Source: Thainema sp.
Lineage (GTDB): Bacteria; Cyanobacteriota; Cyanobacteriia; Phormidesmidales; Phormidesmidaceae
Direction: 5' to 3'
DNA length: 22,696 bases
NCBI GenBank assembly: GCA_052168235.1
Contig: JBQLZK010000088.1
Coordinates: 1-22,696, forward strand
This document shows, one piece after another, positions 1 through 7,827 of the stretch. The position numbers and the translations under genes are program-made. Position 1 is the stretch's first letter. Every line of letters starts with the position of its first letter. Under the pieces are notes generated by a model. That model was given only the letters and a program-made list of their open reading frames with translations. It did no database searches and was not told where the DNA came from.

Positions 1-323
1 ATCCCACCTTATGATCTCATATTGAGATCGCTTTGGCTATTTTTCGAAGTACCCTCTAGTTCTATGGAATGGCTGATGAACTGGGTTGATTATGAACAGA
101 TTAAGATTTCTAGATAACCTCAATTAAAGCTCGAATTAATGTTTACATAAACCCTTATTAACCGCGCTATAAATGAGACATAAGATAAATAATTACGGAT
201 AATTACTGATTAGAAATTCACGAAAAACAAAGATTTAACGTATTACTCTATACCTGTTTTTTGAGCTATTTCATTATAGGCTGCTTACGTAAATTCCGTA
301 ATGGTCATGAAATAGGTGATACT

Positions 324-908
324 ATGAAGCACTTAGTCCTTGGGGTAGTCGCAGGTTTGGGCATGGGCGCGATCGCAGCTCCGGCTCATGCAGCCTTCTT
401 TAGCTGGGATGTTGAGTACACTGGCTGGTGGGATGCTGAGGGCGGTGGCTCTGTCGTTGGTTCCTTCGTTGCCAATGATGCTGATGCGGCTGACGGCATT
501 ATCTCTGGCGATGAGATTAAAAGCTGGTCTTGGAGCTGGAGCGGCAATGATTTCGCTTCGGCATTTGATATTTCTTCCAAAGATTCAGCGGCAGAAATCC
601 AGTTTATTGATGGCGGTTTCTTTGTCGATGGAACCCCTAACCTACCTAATTTTTTCGACGGCACTGATCAGGGCGTTTTTGTTGGTGGTGACGCAGGCGA
701 AAACATCATTGACTTTGAATTTTTAACCATTGAGACGATCGCGTCCGGTGATGTGCTTGAGTTTTCTGCCGGAGATCCCTTTTCGACCACGGGTAGCGTT
801 ATCGTCAGCGATCCAACCAAAGTGCCCGAGCCTGCAACGATTGTTGGCCTACTGACACTGGTTGCTCTGAGCGGTGTTAGCCTGCGTCGCAGCACCCAGT
901 CAGCTTAA
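324..908 (+). CDS. PEP-CTERM sorting domain-containing secreted protein
   Basis: Signal peptide MKHLVLGVVAGLGMGAIAAPAHA and an acidic Gly/Asp/Ser-rich body. C-terminus is KVPEPAT + hydrophobic helix + basic RR. The ATG at 324, preceded by AGGTGA, is preferred over the track's start at 261. Confidence 0.9.
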   Translation: MKHLVLGVVAGLGMGAIAAPAHAAFFSWDVEYTGWWDAEGGGSVVGSFVANDADAADGIISGDEIKSWSWSWSGNDFASAFDISSKDSAAEIQFIDGGFFVDGTPNLPNFFDGTDQGVFVGGDAGENIIDFEFLTIETIASGDVLEFSAGDPFSTTGSVIVSDPTKVPEPATIVGLLTLVALSGVSLRRSTQSA

Positions 909-1027
909 CCTGTGATCTAGTCTTGCCAGCCTTCTGGCGACATTAGCGCAAGGATCGGCTTAGGGTGCTGCCAATCCTGTTCGCCGCTGGCAGGCTAAAC
1001 GTTTGTAGCGCATGGTGCATCTCCTAG

Positions 1028-1061
1028 AAACCCTCTTTGGTCAGTGACCAAAGAGGGTTTT
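1028..1061. terminator. Probable intrinsic terminator, possibly bidirectional
   Basis: Perfect 16-bp inverted repeat AAACCCTCTTTGGTCA-G-TGACCAAAGAGGGTTT ending in a T-run, downstream of the PEP-CTERM gene. Confidence 0.7.
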
Positions 1062-1149
1062 AAAGTGCGATCGCAGATTTAGTTCCCTGCCAGTTATTTT
1101 CGCGTTAAGGTGTGTTTTGTAACTAATTATTACCGTTCCAAGGCGCACT

Positions 1150-1611
1150 ATGAATTTAGAGACCATCAAGCCCTGGCTTAATTTTTTTCATCCTGTCATC
1201 ATGTGGGCTTTGTTTGCTTTAACCGTCTACGCTCTCTACTTGGGCTTCCAGATTCGCCGCACGCGCAAAGCCGAAGGCGATAAGAAAAAAGAGCTGATTA
1301 AGGGTAAGTTCAACATCCGTCATCATCAAATCGGCTCGGCGTTGCTGGCCTTTATGATCCTGGGTTCCATCGGCGGCATGGCGGTCACCTACATCAACAA
1401 CGGCAAGCTGTTCGTTGGGCCTCACCTGCTGGTTGGCTTGGCGATGACGGGACTGATTGCATCGGCGACTGCGTTAGTGCCATTTATGCAGAAAGGCAAC
1501 GATGTGGCTCGCTATACACACATCGGCTTGAATCTGGCGCTGGTTGGGCTGTTTGGCTGGCAAGCTGTAACCGGCATGCAAATTGTACAGAAAATTCTCA
1601 GCAACTTTTAA
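1150..1611 (+). CDS. DUF4079 family membrane protein (cytochrome b561-like His pattern)
   Basis: Four hydrophobic segments with conserved His residues (FFHPVIMW, RHHQIGS, GPHLLVGL, YTHIGLN), as in cyanobacterial DUF4079 proteins. Confidence 0.85.
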   Translation: MNLETIKPWLNFFHPVIMWALFALTVYALYLGFQIRRTRKAEGDKKKELIKGKFNIRHHQIGSALLAFMILGSIGGMAVTYINNGKLFVGPHLLVGLAMTGLIASATALVPFMQKGNDVARYTHIGLNLALVGLFGWQAVTGMQIVQKILSNF

Positions 1612-1632
1612 TTACTCAGCTCATTCACATAG

Positions 1633-1692
1633 ACAAAAAACCAGAGAGGTGGTGTTGCATCGCGACGCGACACCACCTCTCTGATTTTTTGT
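1633..1692. terminator. Intrinsic terminator hairpin, probably bidirectional
   Basis: Stem CAGAGAGGTGGTGT (1642-1655) / ACACCACCTCTCTG (1670-1683), flanked by A6 and T6, about 20 nt after the DUF4079 stop. Confidence 0.8.
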
Positions 1693-1886
1693 GCAAAATG
1701 CAGGCTATTGCACATAGATTCATTAAATTCTCAGCCTACTCTCAGGTTCAACCGAGTCGGAGCATGAATAATGAGCTAGTAAGGGTGCTGTGCTAGAACT
1801 TGTCTAGCCACTAACGCATGGCTGCTCATCACTACCCTGACTGCAAGCCACTGCGAGTTCATGATTCTTAGCTGAACATCAGACCT

Positions 1887-3956
1887 ATGGCACCCGCTGC
1901 GCCGCTCTTCCTCAAATCGTTTCAGTCGAAGCTCTCACGTAAAATTACGCTTTGGGTTTTTCTGAGCCTCATGACAATTGAGGCAATTTTGCTGATTCCG
2001 ACCTACTACCGAAAAGAGCAAGCATTACTGAAGCAGTGCGAGGAAATTTCGGCAGCGGCGGCAAAAGCGATTCCGTTACTGAGCCTGCAAGGCGCTTCTG
2101 AAGAAACTATCTTAGATACGATCGCAACGCTGGAAGATGAGCCGTCTATTCTCGGTGGGGCGCTCTACGTCACGACGGATGATATGAGACGGCTTGTGGG
2201 GACGTTTGGCAAGCCACCGATTCTGACGCTGGCGGATATGCAAGAGCCGCAAATGATGCGAGTGCGATCGCAGAATGGCGATCGCTATGACGTGTCATGG
2301 GTACTTGAATCGGCGGATCAAGAATATACGTTAGTCATTCATCACGACACATCAGCCGTTCAGCGACAACTGTATCTTTACTTACTGGGCCTACTGGGGC
2401 TGATTGTGATTATTGCAGGCTTTGTGACGCTTGCCACTTTTTTAGGACTGGAGCGCATGATTGTGCGGGCAATTTTGGCCCTGAGAAATGATTTGCTGAT
2501 GGTGGGCGATGCAATTCAACAAGACGGAAAAGCCGCTCAGTTTCAGTCTCTCCAGTTTCAGCGTCGCGATGAACTGGGCGAGGTGATGACCGCCTTTGAG
2601 CAGATGTTTCAGCGGGTGACGCAGGAAATTGCCGAACGGCAGCAGGCTGAGCAGTCACTGCGAGAATCGGAGCAGCAGGTGCGCCTGTCGCTCCAGCGCG
2701 AGAATTTGCTTAATCAACTCGCAACTGAAATTCGCAATTCCCTGGATCTGGATCTGGTTTTAGCCACTGCCGTGACTGCAATTCGCCAACTACTCCAAGT
2801 CGATCGCTGTCAGTTTATGTGGTTTTGTCCCAATACGGGCCGAGAACCCTGCGATTTTGAGCTAAAGGGTGCCTTTTGGAACGTCGTCACCGAATCGAAA
2901 GCGGACTCACGCGCCAGCATTTTGGGGCAGTATGCCATTGATCCAGCCATTGACGTACAGGAACTACAAGCTCGGCTCGCAACAGCTTCCGTACTCCGCT
3001 GCGATCGCACCCATCCAGCAAATACATCTCTACTTCAGTCCGTCACTCCTATCGGTCAGTGGAATGCTCTCCTCGCGATCCCGATCCAAACGCGGTCAGG
3101 CGCAATGGGCCTGTTGCAGTGCAGTCACCACTGTTCAGAGCGCATATGGCAGGAGGATGAAGTGGAGTTAATTCAAGCCGTAGCCGACCAACTTGCGATC
3201 GCAATTAGTCAGGCCGAACTCTATGCCCAAACGCGGGAAGCCCAGGAAAGCGCCGAGAAACTCTTGCTGAATATCCTGCCGGAAGAGATTGCCGAACGGC
3301 TGCGGCAGGATACCCACTGCATTGCCGATCGGTTTGAGTCCGTGACGATTTTGTTCGCTGACATCGTGGACTTTACTGGATTGGCGGCGCAGATTCCGCC
3401 GACGGAATTAGTCAATCTGCTCAATCAGATCTTCTCAACGTTTGACAATCTAGCTGAGCACTATGGTCTAGAGAAAATTAAAACCATTGGCGATGCCTAC
3501 ATGGTGGTGGGTGGCTTACCCAAACAGCGCCAGGATCACGCCGAGTCAATTGCTGAAATGGCGATCGCCATGCAGCAGGCTGTACAAGAACTGAATCGAC
3601 CAGACGGTCAGCCCTTTGCCATTCGAATTGGCATCAGCACTGGCCCAGTGGTGGCAGGCGTAATTGGCCTGAAGAAGTTTATCTATGACCTGTGGGGAGA
3701 TGCGGTGAATACGGCCAGCCGCATGGAATCCCACGGTACAGCCGGAGGCATTCAGGTAACAGCCGCAACTTACGAATTGCTGCAAGACCAGTATGTCTTT
3801 GAGCCCCGAGGCGAAATCGCGATTAAAGGCAAAGGCAAAATGCACACCTACTGGCTGCGGGGCAAAACGGCTAAGCAGCCTTCTCCAAAAACGGCGGCAG
3901 CGGACAATCCAGCGCAATCACAATCGCCCGCAGCAGTTCCGCTTCTTGAATCGTGA
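1887..3956 (+). CDS. Membrane-bound class III adenylate cyclase (TM-sensor-TM-HAMP-GAF-cyclase)
   Basis: Cyclase motifs VTILFADIVDFT, EKIKTIGDAYM and YDLWGDAVNTASRMES; the K and D specificity residues favour ATP. Also HAMP motif RRDELGEVMTAFEQM, GAF motifs (IRNSLDL...QAVADQLAIAISQAELY) and two TM helices. Confidence 0.9.
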   Translation: MAPAAPLFLKSFQSKLSRKITLWVFLSLMTIEAILLIPTYYRKEQALLKQCEEISAAAAKAIPLLSLQGASEETILDTIATLEDEPSILGGALYVTTDDMRRLVGTFGKPPILTLADMQEPQMMRVRSQNGDRYDVSWVLESADQEYTLVIHHDTSAVQRQLYLYLLGLLGLIVIIAGFVTLATFLGLERMIVRAILALRNDLLMVGDAIQQDGKAAQFQSLQFQRRDELGEVMTAFEQMFQRVTQEIAERQQAEQSLRESEQQVRLSLQRENLLNQLATEIRNSLDLDLVLATAVTAIRQLLQVDRCQFMWFCPNTGREPCDFELKGAFWNVVTESKADSRASILGQYAIDPAIDVQELQARLATASVLRCDRTHPANTSLLQSVTPIGQWNALLAIPIQTRSGAMGLLQCSHHCSERIWQEDEVELIQAVADQLAIAISQAELYAQTREAQESAEKLLLNILPEEIAERLRQDTHCIADRFESVTILFADIVDFTGLAAQIPPTELVNLLNQIFSTFDNLAEHYGLEKIKTIGDAYMVVGGLPKQRQDHAESIAEMAIAMQQAVQELNRPDGQPFAIRIGISTGPVVAGVIGLKKFIYDLWGDAVNTASRMESHGTAGGIQVTAATYELLQDQYVFEPRGEIAIKGKGKMHTYWLRGKTAKQPSPKTAAADNPAQSQSPAAVPLLES

Positions 3957-5874
3957 CGGTGTTATCGACCATGACCGTATGCGCGCAAGCATCAACGATG
4001 GCCTGCTTCAGTTTGGGCGCAGCCTTTTCAAGCTGATTTAAGCTGTTGCCAATGTCATAAATACTGCAGTTGGGCGGCGTTTGGGGTAATTCTTGCGTAG
4101 CGGCATTGGGTAAGCAAAACAGGCCGGAACGTAGGGCATAAGCGGCATCTTCCGTTTTGCTGTGACCGACTCGTGCCAGTCCGGTTAAAACCGTGACGCA
4201 GTCCGACCAGATTTGTTCAACCTGGGTGTACTCCACCTGACCGCGATTGTTTTGCTCCGGCTTAAAGTAGGGCATTAGCCGTCGCTGTAGCACGATTTGC
4301 AGCACATACTCCGACAGCGAGAGCCGACCGTCAGCTCGTACCAAAGCCTTAATCGTGTTGAACACGCGACCGCACTGTTTAGTCGAAATAGTGCGAATAG
4401 CCGGAATCGTCAAATCCAGTAACGGTAAACGCAGCCGGGGATTCAAGTTCAAGATCAACGACTGGAACTGACGAACAGCATTGACGATATCTTCGGGTTC
4501 GTTTTGCTCCAGCAGCGCTAACTGCTTTTGACGGACGTCTTCGCTGTCCGGATCGAGCAGCAGACCATAGACGACTGCGATCGCACCATGGGGATGTCGC
4601 AACGCTTGGCGGAGTTCCTCCGGCATCTTGGCCATCGTCTGCTGAACATAGGCCAAATGCTCAGGATCGACTGTTCCTACTTGATTGACGACCTGAGTAG
4701 CAGACACTTGTACTGTCGCTGAACCGGAGGCCGATCCAGCTGCGGTTATCCCGTTAGCAGCAGTCGCTACCGCAGCTACAGGTGGAGTTACTGTCCCACC
4801 TAAACCCATGACTGCGGCTTCAGATTGGGCAATACTTGCTTGATTAACAACGGTTTCAATTCCAGATGGCTGAGTCGTTGCTATTGCTTGGAACTGACCC
4901 ACAACACCAAGCCGCTTAATTCGGATTGCCAGTGGTGGATGGGTGGCAAACCAATCAAATGAAAATAATCCGTTAGCCAGCGCATTGCTGAAAAACATGT
5001 GGCTGGCTTCTTCTGCTGCCGGGGACATCACTCGCGATCCGGTGGATAGCTGATTGATCTTTGATAGAGCGCTACTCAAGCCACTTGGATCACGGGTAAA
5101 CTGAACGGCTGAGGCATCGGCCAAAAACTCTCGCTGCCTTGAAACGGCAGCTTTAATCAGTCGGCCAAAGAAAACGCCGATCAGGCCAACCGCCACTAGC
5201 GTCAGGCCCAAGATGGCAAAGCCGCCTTGATTCTTGCCGCGTCGCGAACTACCAGAACTCCGCAGCAGCACGCGACCAATGATATAGAGCACCAAAATCC
5301 CGTTCAACACGCCAATTAGCCGAATATTCAGCCGCATGTCACCGTTCAGAATGTGGCTAAACTCGTGGGCGATCACGCCCTGCAACTCGTCCCGCGTCAG
5401 GTTATCCAGACAGCCACGGGTAACGGCCACGACGGCTTGATTGGGACTGAAACCAGCGGCAAAGGCGTTGATTCCCGCCTCATGCTGTAGCACATAGACC
5501 TGTGGCACTGAAATACCAGATGCGATCGCCATTTCTTCGACCACATTGAGCAAACGCTGCTCGTTTGGATCTTGTGTTTCGACCGTAACCAGTTGGCCAC
5601 CCAAATCCAGAGCAATGGCTGCCCCGCCCGCTTTGAGCGCCTGAATCTTCCAGAGGCTCCCAAACCCAACCGTAGCCAATACAGCACTCGCCACTGTGAA
5701 AAACAAGCCTGGATCCCACAGCGGCAGCAAGCTGCCCGTTGTATGAGACGTCATCACGGTAAAAACAACGGCCAGGTAGACAATTGCAATCATGCTGCTT
5801 AGCGCCAGGGCAAATAGCAGCAGCAACTGCACCGTATTACGGCGGGCCTGGTCTTGATGCTCAAAAAAATTCAT
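3871..5874 (-). CDS. M48 family (HtpX-like) zinc metallopeptidase, long form
   Basis: AHEFSH zinc motif, NAFAAG, SRQREFLADASA and THPPL; typical MNFFEHQDQARR N-terminus; downstream of lemA. Confidence 0.9.
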   Translation of the reverse strand: MNFFEHQDQARRNTVQLLLLFALALSSMIAIVYLAVVFTVMTSHTTGSLLPLWDPGLFFTVASAVLATVGFGSLWKIQALKAGGAAIALDLGGQLVTVETQDPNEQRLLNVVEEMAIASGISVPQVYVLQHEAGINAFAAGFSPNQAVVAVTRGCLDNLTRDELQGVIAHEFSHILNGDMRLNIRLIGVLNGILVLYIIGRVLLRSSGSSRRGKNQGGFAILGLTLVAVGLIGVFFGRLIKAAVSRQREFLADASAVQFTRDPSGLSSALSKINQLSTGSRVMSPAAEEASHMFFSNALANGLFSFDWFATHPPLAIRIKRLGVVGQFQAIATTQPSGIETVVNQASIAQSEAAVMGLGGTVTPPVAAVATAANGITAAGSASGSATVQVSATQVVNQVGTVDPEHLAYVQQTMAKMPEELRQALRHPHGAIAVVYGLLLDPDSEDVRQKQLALLEQNEPEDIVNAVRQFQSLILNLNPRLRLPLLDLTIPAIRTISTKQCGRVFNTIKALVRADGRLSLSEYVLQIVLQRRLMPYFKPEQNNRGQVEYTQVEQIWSDCVTVLTGLARVGHSKTEDAAYALRSGLFCLPNAATQELPQTPPNCSIYDIGNSLNQLEKAAPKLKQAIVDACAHTVMVDNTVTIQEAELLRAIVIALDCPLPPFLEKAA

Positions 5875-5931
5875 GGTGAATGGCCGATTGACAGCGATTT
5901 ATGTTAAATCCGCACGCGAGAATCGTTAAGT

Positions 5932-5964
5932 TTGCCAAACGCTTGCCGTGCAAGCATTTGGCAA
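5932..5964 (-). other. Intergenic RNA hairpin between lemA and the M48 gene
   Basis: 15-bp stem with a 3-nt loop. Its single mismatch becomes a G-U pair only on the minus (transcribed) strand. Confidence 0.55.
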
Positions 5965-5992
5965 GAATTACAGATTTTCAACCAGACTGTGA

Positions 5993-6580
5993 CTAGAACG
6001 AAACGCGGGGCGCTTCACGAACTTCGGGGCTGCTTTCTTCGAGGAGTTCAGCTGTACCAAAGTTAAACATGCCCGCAATGATGTTACTCGGGAAGACTTC
6101 TCGCTTCGTGTTGTACAGCGTGACCGCGTCGTTAAAGGCTTGACGAGCAAAGGAAATCTTATTCTCAGTGGAGCGCAGTTCTTCCATCAGCTGGCCCATG
6201 TTTTGATTGGCCTTCAGGTCAGGATAAGCTTCCGACAGAGCAAAGAAGCGACCCAGCACACCCGTCAGCGCCGCTTCCGCTTGACCCAACTGGCGCATTG
6301 CTTGGGGATCACCCGGTGCTTGTGCCGCTTGACTGCTGGCCGATACAGCCATATTGCGAGCTTGAATCACGGCTTCCAAGGTTTCCCGCTCATGCTTCAT
6401 GTAGCCTTTGACGGTTTCGACCAGATTGGGAATCAGATCGTAGCGGCGACGGAGCTGCACATCGATTTGAGCGTAGGCATTTTGGTAGCGATTACGCAGG
6501 GTGACAAGGCTGTTGTAGCCGCCAATTGCGATCGCAGCTACGACGCCAATTACGACAATTAGAAAAATGAACAAGCCCAT
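5993..6580 (-). CDS. lemA: LemA family protein
   Basis: N-terminal TM helix, QIDVQLRRRYDLIPNLVETVKGY, EAYPDLKAN, TENKISFARQAFND and a C-terminal PRVSF. The ATG at 6580 has an AAGAGG RBS. Confidence 0.93.
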   Translation of the reverse strand: MGLFIFLIVVIGVVAAIAIGGYNSLVTLRNRYQNAYAQIDVQLRRRYDLIPNLVETVKGYMKHERETLEAVIQARNMAVSASSQAAQAPGDPQAMRQLGQAEAALTGVLGRFFALSEAYPDLKANQNMGQLMEELRSTENKISFARQAFNDAVTLYNTKREVFPSNIIAGMFNFGTAELLEESSPEVREAPRVSF

Positions 6581-6834
6581 GAATATTCCTCTTGATTCAC
6601 TTGATTCATTGCTATTTGAACAGGGTTCGAATGCTGCTTTGCTTGAAGGCAAAATCTTGATGCCTCTAGAATGCCCGTTTGGTTGAAATCAGAACATGAT
6701 GTTCATATTCCTTTAGAAGAGCATTATGAGAACCAACACAGCTCCACAGCGATAGTTCTATCTACAACAATGTCAAAGGTGAATCCAGATCCTTGTTATG
6801 TAAGTAGACTTTATTGGAAATAAAGTTTTTGGGG

Positions 6835-6885
6835 TCGGAAATTGTTTTGTAGCGCGGCTCCGCCGCGCTACAAAACAATTTCCGA
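6835..6885. repeat. Perfect 24-bp inverted repeat with 3-nt loop (TCC on +, GGA on -)
   Basis: TCGGAAATTGTTTTGTAGCGCGGC-TCC-GCCGCGCTACAAAACAATTTCCGA. Confidence 0.95.
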
Positions 6886-6923
6886 TAAGGTCTAGTGTAA
6901 GGTAGGCGACAGATGGGGGGTCA

Positions 6924-6965
6924 GTTTTAGGTGTTGGGTACTAGGTGCTGGGGACTGAGTGCTTG
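6924..6965. repeat. Degenerate heptamer tandem repeat (STRR-like)
   Basis: GTTTTAG GTGTTGG GTACTAG GTGCTGG GGACTGA GTGCTTG. Confidence 0.55.
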
Positions 6966-7010
6966 AGGTATAGCAGTAGTCAAATTGGTCAGGACATTGA
7001 AAACTTTAGA

Positions 7011-7042
7011 AACGTTCCAACGTTTAAATGTTCAAACGTTAA
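7011..7042. repeat. Octamer tandem repeat AACGTTNN x4
   Basis: AACGTTCC AACGTTTA AATGTTCA AACGTTAA. Confidence 0.7.
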
Positions 7043-7126
7043 ACCTACAAATGACACCAAAACAACCAAGGCTATAGATAGAAAATTCGCCTCACTCCTC
7101 GTATCAGATCCGTGTATCAGAACTCA

Positions 7127-7177
7127 ATTTATTTTTCGTGAAGCGCTTGCGGAGCAAGCGCTTCACGAAAAATAAAT
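7127..7177. repeat. Perfect 24-bp inverted repeat with GGA loop; may also terminate the 7187-7729 gene
   Basis: ATTTATTTTTCGTGAAGCGCTTGC-GGA-GCAAGCGCTTCACGAAAAATAAAT, about 10 nt past the stop of the minus-strand ORF. Confidence 0.95.
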
Positions 7178-7186
7178 CATGGGTTT

Positions 7187-7729
7187 TCAACCGGACTTCA
7201 TATCACTCCTCACTTCCGAAGGAAACGGTCTAATCCACTTTGAGCGAAATGCCCAGTCTAGACCAACGCGAATTGCTGCAAACAATAGGATTCCCTCCAG
7301 GGTAAAGAGCCCGGCGCTAACGGTGGCGCTGAGCCATGCATCGCTGCACTGATAGCTCAGATCGGCTTGAGCCAAACCGCGAGTCAAACCAAATGCCAGT
7401 ACCGCACCAGATTTCAGATGCGTGTTGGTATCCTGTCGCAGGATGTAGCGATAGGTTGCGCCAAATAAAAAACCGCTAAAACCTGCGATCGCACCACTAA
7501 TCCAGACCGTTCTCGTCAGTCGGGGCCACAACATTATGATGATGGGCTCAGCCGAAGTTGGTGCCTGAAGCGTAGTTATCAGCTTTGCGACGGTGGTAGA
7601 GATTGAATCAGCAAATTCCTCATGCAGAATTAGGAGTGAGATGAAGATAAACAGTGCGATCGCACCACCGAGAAGTCCGGCTTTGAGAGATTCAAATCGT
7701 TCTGCAGGTGTGAATACCGATGCTGTCAT
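7187..7729 (-). CDS. Conserved cyanobacterial membrane protein of unknown function
   Basis: Several TM segments with motifs ERFESLKAG, LFGATYRYILRQD and HLKSGAVLAFGLTRGL. ATG at 7729 chosen; the track allows 7792. Confidence 0.75.
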   Translation of the reverse strand: MTASVFTPAERFESLKAGLLGGAIALFIFISLLILHEEFADSISTTVAKLITTLQAPTSAEPIIIMLWPRLTRTVWISGAIAGFSGFLFGATYRYILRQDTNTHLKSGAVLAFGLTRGLAQADLSYQCSDAWLSATVSAGLFTLEGILLFAAIRVGLDWAFRSKWIRPFPSEVRSDMKSG

Positions 7730-7827
7730 GGTCACTCTTACGTTGCTGTCAGAAATATTCACCTCAACAACTATACTCACATCGGGTACCAAAACCCAGA
7801 GGGTTTAGTTCGTTGAGACGCAGTCAC

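Noticed and set aside
261..323. Longer N-termini given by the ORF track (also for lemA, the cupin, the response regulator and the 7187 ORF)
   Set aside because: Downstream ATGs fit the signal peptide or domain starts, and in some cases the RBS, better than the upstream alternative start codons.
1119..1133. NtcA-binding site upstream of the DUF4079 gene
   Set aside because: Spacing is GTA-N9-TAC rather than the canonical N8.
6945..7175. 76-aa ORF between the two long palindromes
   Set aside because: GTG start within a heptamer repeat, reads through tandem repeats and a palindrome, and has no recognisable motif; probably spurious.
6835..7177. CRISPR array or composite IS suggested by the paired palindromes
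   Set aside because: The two palindromes differ in sequence, there is no repeat-spacer periodicity, and no cas or transposase gene is present in the window.
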